Shown: in pieces, positions 30,558 to 40,898 of the stretch
Numbering within the stretch: the first letter of the stretch is position 1
How the letters are laid out: each line of letters starts with the position of its first letter
Source of the DNA: an uncultured Chloroflexia bacterium
GTDB lineage: Bacteria; Chloroflexota; Limnocylindria; Limnocylindrales; CSP1-4
Length of the DNA stretch: 64,000 nt
Assembly (NCBI GenBank): GCA_963720755.1
Contig: CAVRGP010000006.1
Span: 192,001 to 256,000, forward strand
Direction: 5' to 3'
Notes under the pieces: generated by a model
Seen by the model: only the letters and a program-made list of their open reading frames with translations
What the model was told of the DNA's origin: nothing
The model's database searches: none
Program-made: the position numbers and the translations under genes

Positions 30558-32045
30558 ATGACCTTTAGGCGTCTCAGAACCAGACTGGCCCACGGCCAGT
30601 CGCTGCCGACCGGCGCAACCTCCTCGGTCATTCGGCAGGAACCGCTGAGTATTCCCGTTGAGCTGCGGCCCAGAAACGATCCACACCCCAGCCAGGGCGA
30701 GGATCCAGACGCCGCCCTGGGGACGGCCCGGCCGACAGGTGCAACGACGCCCGAGATCCACGCCGACCGTGGGGCTGTCCGACGCGGATCGCTGCGGTTC
30801 CTCGACAACCGCGTGGAACGGCGTTACCAGCGCCAGGCCGGCGCGGAGAGCCAGGCCGGGTTCCGCATCACCACTGGTACTGCGTCAGTCTTGTGGCTCC
30901 TGGCCGTCGTCGTCATTCCGATGAGCACGCCGGTTCCTCCGGATCTCGCGATCCCCGTGTGTTTCGCGATGGCGGTATTCAACTCGGTCGCCTTCCTGCT
31001 TTCAGTGAAGGCGGACACACTGGATCGACAACACTCGATCGTTTCCGTTCTGACCGCCGTGAACGGGTTGGTCATCCTGTGGCTAGCCTCCGCGGGTGGC
31101 GTCCTCCCGGGATACGGGATCAGCGCGATCATGCTGCTCCTGATCTTCGGGTTCGTCGCACGCACCGGCTTCATCTTTGCCGCGTTGCGCACGGCCGTCA
31201 TCGTCGTCGGCTTCGTCGTAGCTGCCGTCCTCTATACGGGTCGGAGCAGCCTCGTCATCGACACGTTCATCTTCGGAGCCGCCGTGATCGGTAGTCTCCT
31301 GGCCTTGCGACTCCTCGAGCAGTCCCGCCGCCGCGTCTTCTATCAGGACATCGTCATCACCCGACAGGCAGAGGCGCTACGGCTCGAGAAGGACAGAGCC
31401 GATGCGTTGTTGCTCAACGTCCTTCCGGGATCGATCTCCTCGCGCCTCCTCGCCGGCGAACGGACGATCGCCGATGAGTATCCGGCCGTCACTGTGCTCT
31501 TTGCTGACATCGTCGGGTTCACACCGTTGACCGCGCGTCTGCCGGCCGACGAAGTGGTAGCGGTGCTCAGCCGACTGTTCGCGCACTTCGACGAACTCAC
31601 GGCCGAGCGCGGCCTCGAGAAGATCAAGACCATCGGCGATGCGTACATGGCCGCGGGCGGACTGCCCGAGCCACTCGAGGACCACGCGGCTCGCGTCGTC
31701 GATCTCGGCCTCGCGATGATCGACGTCGCCGCCCGAGTGAGCGACCGAGTCGCCGACCTTCATCTCCGAGTCGGCGTGCATTCAGGGCCGGTCGTCGGCG
31801 GCGTGATCGGCCACCGCAAGTTTGCGTTCGACATCTGGGGCGAGACGGTGAACATCGCCAGCAGACTGGAGTCGCAGGGTATCCCTGACCGCGTCCAAGT
31901 CAGCGCCGAAACCTGGCGAATCGTCAAGGAGGTGTTTGATGCGGAGCCCCAGGGTCCGATCCACCTTCGCGGATACGGTCCTATGGACACCTATGCGATC
32001 GTCGGGCGCCGCCAACGTCAGGAGGTCAGGTCGCAAGAGGCCTGA
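30558..32045 (+). CDS. Membrane-anchored class III adenylate cyclase
   Basis: Six TM helices then 'LFADIVGFT', 'KIKTIGDAYM', 'FDIWGETVNIASRLES' (K/D pair indicates ATP); start uncertain. Confidence 0.9.
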   Translation: MTFRRLRTRLAHGQSLPTGATSSVIRQEPLSIPVELRPRNDPHPSQGEDPDAALGTARPTGATTPEIHADRGAVRRGSLRFLDNRVERRYQRQAGAESQAGFRITTGTASVLWLLAVVVIPMSTPVPPDLAIPVCFAMAVFNSVAFLLSVKADTLDRQHSIVSVLTAVNGLVILWLASAGGVLPGYGISAIMLLLIFGFVARTGFIFAALRTAVIVVGFVVAAVLYTGRSSLVIDTFIFGAAVIGSLLALRLLEQSRRRVFYQDIVITRQAEALRLEKDRADALLLNVLPGSISSRLLAGERTIADEYPAVTVLFADIVGFTPLTARLPADEVVAVLSRLFAHFDELTAERGLEKIKTIGDAYMAAGGLPEPLEDHAARVVDLGLAMIDVAARVSDRVADLHLRVGVHSGPVVGGVIGHRKFAFDIWGETVNIASRLESQGIPDRVQVSAETWRIVKEVFDAEPQGPIHLRGYGPMDTYAIVGRRQRQEVRSQEA

Positions 32046-32117
32046 TCGTCGGTTGCGGATCAGGCGCGGGCCTGGACCACAGCGTGACGACGCCGAGCAA
32101 AGCTGAGGGGCGCCTTG

Positions 32118-32855
32118 CTACCCCTCTGATCCGTCACGGCTGCGCTCGAGCATTCGCTCCAGGCCGAACGTGATCAGGTCGACCGTGTTGCGCCACCAGC
32201 GGTTCGGATCGGTCAGCCAGACCTCCGCCGTGTCCTCCGCGCTTTCGACCAGGTTCGGGAATTCGTCGCGAGGCAGGCTCAGCTGGGCAAGCGCGAGTCG
32301 CCGTCGCCCCAGGTCCAGCTGGTGGGCGTCGAGCGCCACCGCGTCCGCGGGCGTGCCCTGCTGGAGCAGCAGGAGGTAGCCTGCGAGGAGGTTCGAGATC
32401 ATCCGGATGAGGATGATCGACTCACGCCGCGCAAACCCCGCATCCAGCAGGATGGCCAGGAGGCGTTCCAGCACCCTCCAGAAGGACGGGGGCCCCTCGG
32501 CGTTGTAGGCGATGCTGAGGGGCAGGGCGAGCGGACGGGCGTCGATCTGCTCCTTGTAGTTGTCGATCTCCAGGCGCAACCGCTCGGTCCAGGTCATCTC
32601 CGGTCGGACGATCGGGGCTGTGTCCATTCCCTCGAGCACAACCTCCGTCATGGCGTTGATGAGGTCCTGCTTGTCGCGAACGTGGCGGTAGAGCGCCATC
32701 GGCGTGACGTGGAGTTCCTGGGCCAGGCGTCGCAGGCTGACCGCCTCGAGCCCTTCAGCGGTGCCGATCTCGAGCGCACGGGCCACGATGGCCGAGCGGG
32801 TGAGGGCCGGACGTCCGGGCGTGTCGACGGGCGCGGCCGCGCTGTGTTGCTTCAT
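32118..32855 (-). CDS. TetR family regulator with TetR_C-type domain
   Basis: HTH 'GLEAVSLRRLAQELHVTPMALYRHV'; divergent from an ABC-2 exporter. Confidence 0.93.
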   Translation of the reverse strand: MKQHSAAAPVDTPGRPALTRSAIVARALEIGTAEGLEAVSLRRLAQELHVTPMALYRHVRDKQDLINAMTEVVLEGMDTAPIVRPEMTWTERLRLEIDNYKEQIDARPLALPLSIAYNAEGPPSFWRVLERLLAILLDAGFARRESIILIRMISNLLAGYLLLLQQGTPADAVALDAHQLDLGRRRLALAQLSLPRDEFPNLVESAEDTAEVWLTDPNRWWRNTVDLITFGLERMLERSRDGSEG

Positions 32856-32858
32856 CGC

Positions 32859-32921
32859 TTGACAAGTATACGCCGCATACCTAGACTTCGAGCCTCATGT
32901 ATACGCCGTATGCATACGGCG
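32859..32921 (+). promoter_or_regulatory. Sigma70-type promoter with overlapping TetR operators
   Basis: TTGACA (32859-64), 17 bp, TAGACT (32882-87); repeats GTATACGCCGCATAC (32866-80) and GTATACGCCGTATGC (32899-913); perfect palindrome CGCCGTATGCATACGGCG (32904-21). Confidence 0.85.
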
Positions 32922-32941
32922 CTAACACAAGGAGGATCGCC

Positions 32942-33766
32942 ATGACCGCCACGCCGGTCGATAGGCCCGCGGTCCACGTCCAGGGCCTCGAGAAGGCATA
33001 CAAGGAATTGCAGGTTCTCCGCGGCGTCGACTTCGACGTGGCGCGCGGCAGCATCTTCGCCCTGCTCGGCTCGAACGGGGCCGGCAAGACGACGATCGTC
33101 AGGATCCTGTCCACCTTGCTCCGACCCGACGCGGGCACCGCCGTCGTCAACGGGTTCGATGTCGTCACGCAGGCTGCGGACGTCCGTGCGTCGTTCAGCC
33201 TCACCGGCCAGTTCGCGGCCGTCGACGAGATCCTGAGCGGCCGGGAGAACCTCGTGCTGGTCGCCCGCCTGCGACACCTCAAGGACACCGACGCGATCGC
33301 GGATGACCTGCTCGAGCGCTTCGGGTTGACCGACGCGGCGGAGCGGCGAGTGTCGACCTATTCGGGCGGGATGCGTCGCCGCCTCGACATCGCGATGAGC
33401 CTCATCGGGGACCCACCGGTGATCTTCCTCGACGAGCCGACGAACGGGCTCGACCCGCAGGGGCGGATCGAGGTGTGGCACGTCGTCAAGCAGCTCTCCG
33501 AGCAGGGGACGACGGTCCTGCTGACGACGCAGTACCTCGACGAGGCCGAACAGCTCGCCGACCGGATCGCGATCCTTCACGAGGGTCGGATCAGGGTGAA
33601 CGGCACCCTCGCCGAGCTCAAGCGGTTGCTCCCGCCGGCCAGGGTCGAATACGTGGAGAAGCAGCCGACCCTCGAGGACGTGTTCCTCGCCATCGTCGGC
33701 GACCGGGACCAGGGCGGCCGACCAGGCTCGGACAGCAGCACGGCCAACGGAGATCGGGAACGATGA
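32942..33766 (+). CDS. ABC-2 exporter ATP-binding subunit (DrrA-like)
   Basis: AAGGAGG SD; 'GSNGAGKTT', 'YSGGMRRRLDIA', 'FLDEPT'. Confidence 0.95.
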   Translation: MTATPVDRPAVHVQGLEKAYKELQVLRGVDFDVARGSIFALLGSNGAGKTTIVRILSTLLRPDAGTAVVNGFDVVTQAADVRASFSLTGQFAAVDEILSGRENLVLVARLRHLKDTDAIADDLLERFGLTDAAERRVSTYSGGMRRRLDIAMSLIGDPPVIFLDEPTNGLDPQGRIEVWHVVKQLSEQGTTVLLTTQYLDEAEQLADRIAILHEGRIRVNGTLAELKRLLPPARVEYVEKQPTLEDVFLAIVGDRDQGGRPGSDSSTANGDRER

Positions 33767-34527
33767 TGACCACGCACTTCTTCGGGGACACGGCCGTCCT
33801 GACCGGTCGATCGCTGCGGCACATCACCCGCAGCCTCGACACCATCATCACGACCACGCTCATGCCGATCGCCTTCATGCTGCTGTTCGTCTACGTGTTC
33901 GGCGGGGCGCTCCACTCCGGGCCGGATCCGTACGTCACCTACCTGCTGCCCGGCATCCTGCTCATCACGATCGCCTCGGGCATCTCCTACACCGCATTCC
34001 GACTCTTCCTGGACATGAAGAGCGGCATCTTCGAGCGATTCCAGTCCATGCCGATCGCACGGTCGTCCGTGCTGTGGGCGCACGTATTGACCTCGCTGGT
34101 GGCCAATCTCGTCTCGATCGTGGTGGTCGTCGCCGTCGCCGTCGTCATGGGCTTCCGCTCACCGGCGGGCGTCGGGGCCTGGCTCCCGGTCGCCGGCATC
34201 CTGATCCTGTTCACCCTGGCCCTGACCTGGCTCGCGGTGATCCCCGGCCTGACCGCGACGTCTCCGGATGGCGCCGGCGCCTTCGCGTATCCGCTGATCA
34301 TCCTGCCGTTCATCAGCTCGGCCTTCGTCCCCACCGAGACCATGCCTGGCCCAGTGCGCGCCTTCGCTGAAAACCAGCCGGTGACCTCGATCGTCAACTC
34401 GATCCGCGACCTGTTCACGCAACAGCCGGTCGGACCCGATCTCTGGATCGCCCTCGCCTGGTGTGTCGGCCTCCTCGTCATCGCGTACTTCCTCGCGATG
34501 CGCATCTACCGCCGCAAGATCGCCTAG
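33763..34527 (+). CDS. ABC-2 exporter permease (DrrB-like)
   Basis: ATGA overlap; 'GIFERFQSMPI', 'SSAFVP..TMPG...FAENQP'. Confidence 0.93.
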   Translation: MMTTHFFGDTAVLTGRSLRHITRSLDTIITTTLMPIAFMLLFVYVFGGALHSGPDPYVTYLLPGILLITIASGISYTAFRLFLDMKSGIFERFQSMPIARSSVLWAHVLTSLVANLVSIVVVVAVAVVMGFRSPAGVGAWLPVAGILILFTLALTWLAVIPGLTATSPDGAGAFAYPLIILPFISSAFVPTETMPGPVRAFAENQPVTSIVNSIRDLFTQQPVGPDLWIALAWCVGLLVIAYFLAMRIYRRKIA

Positions 34528-34534
34528 GGCGGGC

Positions 34535-35908
34535 CTATCGCGAGCTGGCGGCGGTGAGCCTGTCGAGGAGCGAGTCCACCTGGCTCGGATCCCTGACAAG
34601 GTCGAGCATCGTCGCCCACCAGACCCGTTGCACTGACGCCGGCATCATGTCGCCGGCACTGAACCGGCTGATCCTGGCGTCGGTGAGTTCCGCGGCCGCC
34701 GCCCTCGCCACCGGATCCAGGTAGGTGTCCGCTGGGACACTGCGGTTCACGGAGATGAAGCCGCCGCGCTTGATCCACGTTTCCTGTGCCCGGGCGCTCG
34801 CAAGGTACGTCATGAACGATCGAGCGGCGGGAGTGTCGCTCACCATCACCGGGATATCGGCACCGACGGTGACGGCCCCCTCGTGATCGGGGTTGATGGT
34901 CGGGAACGGGAAGACGTCGTAGTCGGCGCCCGGTGCGAGGCCCGGGTATCTCGCTGCGATGAATGCCTGAGCGAACGACGGGAGATAGCACAGGTAGGCA
35001 GTCGGCGGGTCGGTGTACAGCGGGTCGGCTCCGACGTCGTCACCGGTCGCGACGATCCGTTGACTGCCACCGAGCACGTAGCCCTCGGTCGAGACGATCT
35101 TGACGAACCGATCGAAGGACTGCTTGATGCACGCCTGGTTCCAGGGGACCTCGGCTGCGATCCACGCGTCGTAAAGATCCGGGCCGCAGTCGTTGAGCAC
35201 GATCTCGGAGATCCAGTCGGTGAGCGCCCAGCCACTCGCCGGACCGCTCGCGGCCACGACTGAGAAGGGCGTGTGCCCTTCGGCGACCATCGTGTCGGCG
35301 AGCGTGAGCATCTCGTCCCAGGTCGCGGGAACGGTATAGCCGGCAGCGGCGAACGCCTTTGGGTCGTACCACACCGCCGCCTTGTTGGTCGCCTTGTAGA
35401 AGATTCCATACAGCTTGCCGTTACGGCTTCCAAGGTCGATCCATGACGGCGCGTAGTCCTTGGTGATCTCGTTCATGTCCAGGACGGAGTCGAGCGGGAT
35501 CAACGCTCCGTCGGCGGCGAGCTGTTCCATCATCGCCAGGTTCGGCAGGATCGCGATGTCGGGTGGAGCTCCGGTTTGGATGCCGTCAGCCAGGGCCCCG
35601 GGCAGGTCCTGCGTGGCTGCCCAATCGACGGTCGCACCGGTCTCCTGCTCCCAGGCCGACGTGACCGCTTCGAAGCTGTCGTACTCGGGTCCGCTCCACA
35701 GGCCGAGGACCTTGACGTGTGCCCCTCTCAGGCCCTGTGAGGCGGTGCCTGTGGCACCCGGGGCCGCGCTCGTGGCACTGGTGGCAACCGAAGCGGTCGA
35801 GGTCGACGGCGCGGAGGTATCCAGGCCCGAACAGCCGATCACGAAGGCAGCGCCGAGCACGACACAGCCGATCTGCCTGACCAGTGGACGAACGATCATC
35901 TTCGTCAT
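34535..35908 (-). CDS. Sugar-binding lipoprotein (AglE/alpha-glucoside-like), no adjacent permeases
   Basis: Lipobox 'FVIGC'; 'GAPPDIAILP', 'VWYDPKAF', 'GPASGW.LTDW', 'RFSAGDMMP'; start 35908 or 35899. Confidence 0.85.
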   Translation of the reverse strand: MTKMIVRPLVRQIGCVVLGAAFVIGCSGLDTSAPSTSTASVATSATSAAPGATGTASQGLRGAHVKVLGLWSGPEYDSFEAVTSAWEQETGATVDWAATQDLPGALADGIQTGAPPDIAILPNLAMMEQLAADGALIPLDSVLDMNEITKDYAPSWIDLGSRNGKLYGIFYKATNKAAVWYDPKAFAAAGYTVPATWDEMLTLADTMVAEGHTPFSVVAASGPASGWALTDWISEIVLNDCGPDLYDAWIAAEVPWNQACIKQSFDRFVKIVSTEGYVLGGSQRIVATGDDVGADPLYTDPPTAYLCYLPSFAQAFIAARYPGLAPGADYDVFPFPTINPDHEGAVTVGADIPVMVSDTPAARSFMTYLASARAQETWIKRGGFISVNRSVPADTYLDPVARAAAAELTDARISRFSAGDMMPASVQRVWWATMLDLVRDPSQVDSLLDRLTAASSR

Positions 35909-36071
35909 CCTACTGTTGGATCGGCGATCCATCTCGGGCGTCCGGCGTTGGGGCGTGCGGATGACGACTCGCTGGCCGTGTGTTGACACGCTGCTCATTC
36001 GTTCTCGCTCGGTGATCACGATCGTTGGTCAATTCTCGATCCCGTCGCCGAACAGGAGGCGTCGCCGTATC

Positions 36072-36491
36072 TCAGACGGGTGTTTGAGCGTCGCCGATCG
36101 CTTCGTTGACCAGTTGATCGAACTCCTCTTCGTGTCGGGCAAGCGTTATCTCGGTGGCCTTGTCCAATGCGATGAATTCGTTCCGCGCCGTTCCCAGTGA
36201 CCGGATGATCTCATCAAGCTTCAGCTGGGTTGCCTTGGATGAACGGTTGGCGCTGTTCTGGATCACGAACACCATCCAGAAGGTCACTACGGTTGTCGTC
36301 GTGTTGATGAACAGCTGCCAGGTATCGGAGAAGCTGAAGATGGGACCGGTCAGCGCCCAGACGATAACGAGAAGCACGGATCCTGCGAGGGCTCCAAATG
36401 AGCCCAGGGCGACGGTGAGTCGGTCCGCGATGCGATTGAACCTCTCGCCCAGCCCAGGCGACGACCGTTGGGATGGTGCGATGGGTTGCAT
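36072..36491 (-). CDS. Low-affinity iron permease (Fet4-like) family protein
   Basis: 'WALTGPIFSFSDTWQLFINTTTTVVTF.MVFVIQN...QLKLDEII'. Confidence 0.92.
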   Translation of the reverse strand: MQPIAPSQRSSPGLGERFNRIADRLTVALGSFGALAGSVLLVIVWALTGPIFSFSDTWQLFINTTTTVVTFWMVFVIQNSANRSSKATQLKLDEIIRSLGTARNEFIALDKATEITLARHEEEFDQLVNEAIGDAQTPV

Positions 36492-36649
36492 GGGGACAAG
36501 ACTGCACAACGGGTGTAGTTGGCGAGGCGTTGCTTAGGCCACTGTGAGTATCAAACTTCTAACGAAGTCGACGGCTTCCGGTGGTGGGCACCGGTATCCC
36601 GAGCGCGCCAGGGAGCGTGTCTGCATGGAGGTCCGGGCGCCATCCCGGA

Positions 36650-37744
36650 TCAGATGGGCTGCGCCACACCTTGCTGGATCGTGTCGCTGGATACCGTCCC
36701 GGTTGGATGCGGACCGCGGTCTACGGCGGGGAACTCCGTGCCTGGCTCTGCGCCCAGGAGAAGGTCCCGTTCGATCTGGAGCCGAATCCGATACAGGATC
36801 TCCCACTCGTCAGTCGACACAGGCAGGTCGAGGAGCATGCGGTCGATCGCATCGAAGTCGTCTCGCAGGCGCACCCTGTCGCCTGGAACGACATCCACGT
36901 GACGGGTGGCGAGCGCGTCGATCAGGTCTTCGACGGCCTGAGCCTCGGCGCTCGTCGTCAGGTGTGCGGCCGTCGTGGTCAGTCGGCTCAGGATCGCCGA
37001 TCGGGACCGCGACCGCGTCGTCGCGGTCCCTGAGATGGCGACATCGGATGGATAGATCCCGATCCGCAATTCCTCGCCCACGAGTTCGACTAGTCGGTCC
37101 GCCCGAAGCTTCCGGATCCCGGGACCGGCGACACGCGTCAGGACCCACGCAGGAACGGAGAGAACTCGTGGGGCGGGCTCTGCGCGCACTGGGATCGACG
37201 CGGTCACCAGTGCCTGCTCGAGGTCGGAGACGATCGCGTCGTAGCCATCGGGCTTGACCACGATCGGGATGTGGACATCGCCCCAGCGATGTCGGGCGCT
37301 CCGTACCTTGCGTGAGATCCCCACGGCTGGGAGGAACAGCATGAGGCCACCGAGGATGGGCGTCAGCAGGTAGCCTCGCAGCGCTTCGCGCACCAGCGCC
37401 AACCCGGTGGGTCGATCGTCACCCGACGGGACGAGTGCGGCGCACAGGCCCACCGCCGCGGGCACGATGGCGATGCCGCCCAGGACCACCGCATGGATCA
37501 GGGACTCGGTGACCGATGGCGGGTGTGGTAGCAGGCCGAGACCGATCGACACCAGCGGCCGGACGATGGCGACAACGATCAGCGCCACCCAGAGGAGGGC
37601 CCCGGCAAGCATCGATACGACGAAGACTTGATGTGAACGCTGTACGCGCCCGAACAGGAGCGAACTAGCCCATCCGAGAGTCGTGGTCAGGATGGCGGCG
37701 GCGAACCGGATGACCATGCCCACGATGGTCAAGAGGATCGTCAT
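36650..37744 (-). CDS. Hypothetical membrane protein with soluble C-terminal region
   Basis: 364 aa, about 4 N-terminal TM helices, protein-like composition; family not recognised. Confidence 0.75.
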   Translation of the reverse strand: MTILLTIVGMVIRFAAAILTTTLGWASSLLFGRVQRSHQVFVVSMLAGALLWVALIVVAIVRPLVSIGLGLLPHPPSVTESLIHAVVLGGIAIVPAAVGLCAALVPSGDDRPTGLALVREALRGYLLTPILGGLMLFLPAVGISRKVRSARHRWGDVHIPIVVKPDGYDAIVSDLEQALVTASIPVRAEPAPRVLSVPAWVLTRVAGPGIRKLRADRLVELVGEELRIGIYPSDVAISGTATTRSRSRSAILSRLTTTAAHLTTSAEAQAVEDLIDALATRHVDVVPGDRVRLRDDFDAIDRMLLDLPVSTDEWEILYRIRLQIERDLLLGAEPGTEFPAVDRGPHPTGTVSSDTIQQGVAQPI

Positions 37745-37829
37745 GACAGGATCGCTGGCATGAGATCAGTCGCCCCAACGACCAGGACCTCCTGAGCCGA
37801 CATCAGTGGGGGTGGCATGCCCAGACACC

Positions 37830-38147
37830 TCAGACCAGGTCAGGATGCGATGGATCAGCCAGCGAGGAATCGACCCCCGTCGTTTCTCGTCGCAGGTCCG
37901 CGGCGATCCCGCGGCTCTTCTCAGCCAGCCGTCCACCAGCGACGTCGGTCTTGTCCGCGGCGCGCTGAGCCAGCGGCCCGGCCGCCTGGCCGGCCTTGGC
38001 AGCGAGTTCGGCCGCCCGTGCGGCGATCTCGCGAACGACCGGCGTCGCGTAGGTTGCGAGATCGTCGATGATCCTCTCGATCTGTCGGATTGGGTGCGCG
38101 GACCCGTTGGTCGGGTCGGGTGGCGCGATCGGGGGATGCTGGTCCAT
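37830..38147 (-). CDS. Small Ala-rich helical hypothetical protein
   Basis: AGGAG SD before ATG 38147; 'REIAARAAELAAKAGQAAGPLAQRAA' amphipathic helix. Confidence 0.65.
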   Translation of the reverse strand: MDQHPPIAPPDPTNGSAHPIRQIERIIDDLATYATPVVREIAARAAELAAKAGQAAGPLAQRAADKTDVAGGRLAEKSRGIAADLRRETTGVDSSLADPSHPDLV

Positions 38148-38415
38148 GTCGGTTTCTCCTGATTCAAGCTCAGTGCCGGCCACCCGCCGGGCATCGTTCG
38201 TTGAGCGAACGTAGCGGTCGATGAGGCTCAGGCAGTCCATCGGTCCGGGCGCGGTCACGTTGCAGATTCCTTGCTGCTCGAAGCCTGAAGAGCCGGCGGC
38301 GCAGATTGCCGCGTCCTTGCAATACCCGGAACGTTCAACGTCGAGCGTCTGGACGGTGGCTGCGGCTACGTTTCCCACCGCCTGCTTCCAATCTTGAGCA
38401 CTCACCTTCCAGGGC

Positions 38416-39216
38416 ATGAGCGATCGCGCCGAGGAGCAACACATGGCAGCACATGACACCTCCCACCCGAGCGACGCCCGACGGATGCCTCCGCCAGCCG
38501 CCCAGGCGCGGCGGCGCTCCGACCTACCGGCCGAAACCGATGTCGATCGATCGGTTTCGTTGGCTTGGCTCGCCGTTGCCTTCCTGGGGTTTGGGGGGTT
38601 CGCCCTCATGACGCTACTGGTCGCAGGCAGGGCGGTCTTCGCCTTCGACCAACCGCTCCTGGCCGCCGGTCAGAGGCTATCGCCCTACATGGACGCCTGG
38701 CGAGGACTGTCTGCATCGGCCAATCTTCCGTTGATCGCCCTCGGCGCATCGATCGTCCTCGGTCTTCTGCTGCTTAGACGTTGGCGCGAGGCGATCGTCG
38801 TGGCCATCGTGCTCATCGCCGTCACGGCAGGCAGCGAGATCGTCAAGCAGGTCGTGGCACGACCACGTCCGCCCGGGTACGACGAGGCTACCGTCGGCGT
38901 CGTGTATAGCTTCCCCTCCGGACATGTGCTTGAAGCGGTGACCATGTATGGGATCATCGCCGTGCTGATGTGGCAAAGCAGCTTGCCAATCGCGCTGCGC
39001 GTGCTGATACCCCTGATGTTCACGCTCATCGTCATTGGGGTCGCCATCTCGCGCGTCGCAGTCGGCGCCCATTACCCCAGCGACGTCATCGCGTCGGCCT
39101 TCGGCGGCGTCGGCTGCGTGGCGCTCTTCGCGTGGTCGGCGACCACCCTGGAGCGCCGGAGGAAACGTGAGCGCCCGACCGATCAGCCGAGCGCGACCAT
39201 CGAGCGGGACGCTTGA
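38416..39216 (+). CDS. PAP2 family membrane phosphatase
   Basis: C1 'KQVVARPRP', C2 'FPSGH', C3 'SRVAVGAHYPSDV'. Confidence 0.92.
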   Translation: MSDRAEEQHMAAHDTSHPSDARRMPPPAAQARRRSDLPAETDVDRSVSLAWLAVAFLGFGGFALMTLLVAGRAVFAFDQPLLAAGQRLSPYMDAWRGLSASANLPLIALGASIVLGLLLLRRWREAIVVAIVLIAVTAGSEIVKQVVARPRPPGYDEATVGVVYSFPSGHVLEAVTMYGIIAVLMWQSSLPIALRVLIPLMFTLIVIGVAISRVAVGAHYPSDVIASAFGGVGCVALFAWSATTLERRRKRERPTDQPSATIERDA

Positions 39217-40149
39217 GTGGGCGGATCTGGGCACAAGCGCAAGCGCGGCGCCCCCGAACGCGTCCTGGTCATCGGACGGAGGCGCACTGGCCGGCCGGTC
39301 GCCGCGGTCGTTGCTGAAGTCGGCCTCTTGATCGCTGCAGAGGGCGTGCGAGCGGACACCAAGGTCGTAAAGCGCAAGCGCAAGGTCCGCCGCGCGACTA
39401 GGAAGGCGGTCAGGGATGGTTGCGATCTGGTCGTGGCAGTCGGGGGCGACGGGCTCGTCCAACAGGTGGCCACGGCCCTTGAGGGCACGAAGGTCGGGTT
39501 GGGGATCGTCCCGACCGGGACGGGTAACCTGCTCGCCGGCAACCTCGAGATCCCAGAGGATCAGGCGCAGGCTGTCGGTATCGCCCTCGGCGGCCGTCGT
39601 CGTCGGATCGACGTTGGCCGCCTGTGCATCGACGGAAAGCGTCGAGCGTTCACGGTCGCCTGCGGCGTCGGATTCGATGCGAACGTCATGGAGCGAACCG
39701 ACAGTGAACAGAAGGGGCGCTGGGGCAAGCTCGCATACGTCGCCAACGCGGTGCTCGAAGCCGGCAACATCCACGATGTGCACCACGACATCACGATCGA
39801 CGGGGTTCGCCGGAAGACCGACGCGGCACAGGTGCTGATTGCGAATTGCGGGCGGATCGGTCCGGGCCTCACCGCCGAAGAGGTGCAGCCCGATGATGGC
39901 AGGCTGGACGTCTTCATCATCCAGGCCGACGGCCCGTTGCCGGCGCTGATGGCGGGATGGGCAGCTCTGCGAGGGATGGATCTGGGCTCGACCGACGGTA
40001 GTCGCGTGTATCACGCGAGAGCTCGCTCGGTCCGGATCGCCACGACCCCTCGCCGTCGCGTAGAGACCGATGGAGGGTCTCTCGGTCGCACCCCGATCAC
40101 CGTATCCATCCGTCCGCGAGCCCTGACCGTGATGGTTCCCAGGACGTGA
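39217..40149 (+). CDS. Diacylglycerol kinase (YegS/DgkB) family lipid kinase
   Basis: 'VGGDGLV', 'VPTGTGNLLA', 'GVGFDA', 'PDDGRLDV', 'ETDG'. Confidence 0.9.
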   Translation: MGGSGHKRKRGAPERVLVIGRRRTGRPVAAVVAEVGLLIAAEGVRADTKVVKRKRKVRRATRKAVRDGCDLVVAVGGDGLVQQVATALEGTKVGLGIVPTGTGNLLAGNLEIPEDQAQAVGIALGGRRRRIDVGRLCIDGKRRAFTVACGVGFDANVMERTDSEQKGRWGKLAYVANAVLEAGNIHDVHHDITIDGVRRKTDAAQVLIANCGRIGPGLTAEEVQPDDGRLDVFIIQADGPLPALMAGWAALRGMDLGSTDGSRVYHARARSVRIATTPRRRVETDGGSLGRTPITVSIRPRALTVMVPRT

Positions 40150-40898
40150 AGGACGAGAACGATCCGCCTATATCGGGCGAGGAGCCGGAGACGACCGCCC
40201 CGCTCCTGCCGCCCGCGACGCCGGGCCGGGTCGGTGTGGCTGGATTGGTGATCGGCTTTGCGATCGCCTTCGTGGCGTTGCTGATCTTCGCGTTCGTCGC
40301 CGACCGGATCTACCTGCAGGAAGCGTTCGCGCTTGATGCGGTCGCGAACCCATTCCTGCACGCGATCGCATCACCGGGCCTGGACGTGGCGATGACCGGC
40401 ATCACCACCCTCGGGTCGATCCCGATCGTTGCTGGGCTCTTTGCCATCACGACGGTACTGCTCTTGTCCCACGGTTACCGTGCCCGGGCCATGTTCCTGG
40501 CGGCGGCGATCGGCGGGAGCATCGCGCTCAACGGTCTGCTGAAAGTGATCGTCCACCGTCCCCGACCGGCCCTGCCATGGGCGCACGTCCTGCCTGACTA
40601 CAGCTTTCCTAGCGGCCACACGATGAACACGGTCGTCTTCTACATGGCGATGGCAATGATCTTGTGGGTCACCTTCGGCCGGAGGATCGGGTCGGCGTCG
40701 ATCGTGCTTGCGCTCCTCATCTCCGTAGCCGTCGGGTTCAGTCGGATCTACCTCGGCTACCACTACCTCACCGATGTCATCGGCGGCATTGCCGCCGGCC
40801 TCGGGTGGTTACTCATCGTCGCTCTCGCGTTCGAGGTCGGGCCCCGGACGTGGGCTCGACGCCCGTGGTCGCGCCACACCGCAGGGCACCGAACGTGA
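40146..40898 (+). CDS. PAP2 family membrane phosphatase
   Basis: 'KVIVHRPRP', 'FPSGH', 'SRIYLGYHYLTDV'; GTGA overlap with the kinase. Confidence 0.92.
   Translation: MKDENDPPISGEEPETTAPLLPPATPGRVGVAGLVIGFAIAFVALLIFAFVADRIYLQEAFALDAVANPFLHAIASPGLDVAMTGITTLGSIPIVAGLFAITTVLLLSHGYRARAMFLAAAIGGSIALNGLLKVIVHRPRPALPWAHVLPDYSFPSGHTMNTVVFYMAMAMILWVTFGRRIGSASIVLALLISVAVGFSRIYLGYHYLTDVIGGIAAGLGWLLIVALAFEVGPRTWARRPWSRHTAGHRT

Noticed and set aside
30332-30808. 158-aa minus-strand ORF between the lipoprotein and the cyclase
   Set aside because: Overlaps the cyclase N-terminus, no motif and no convincing start
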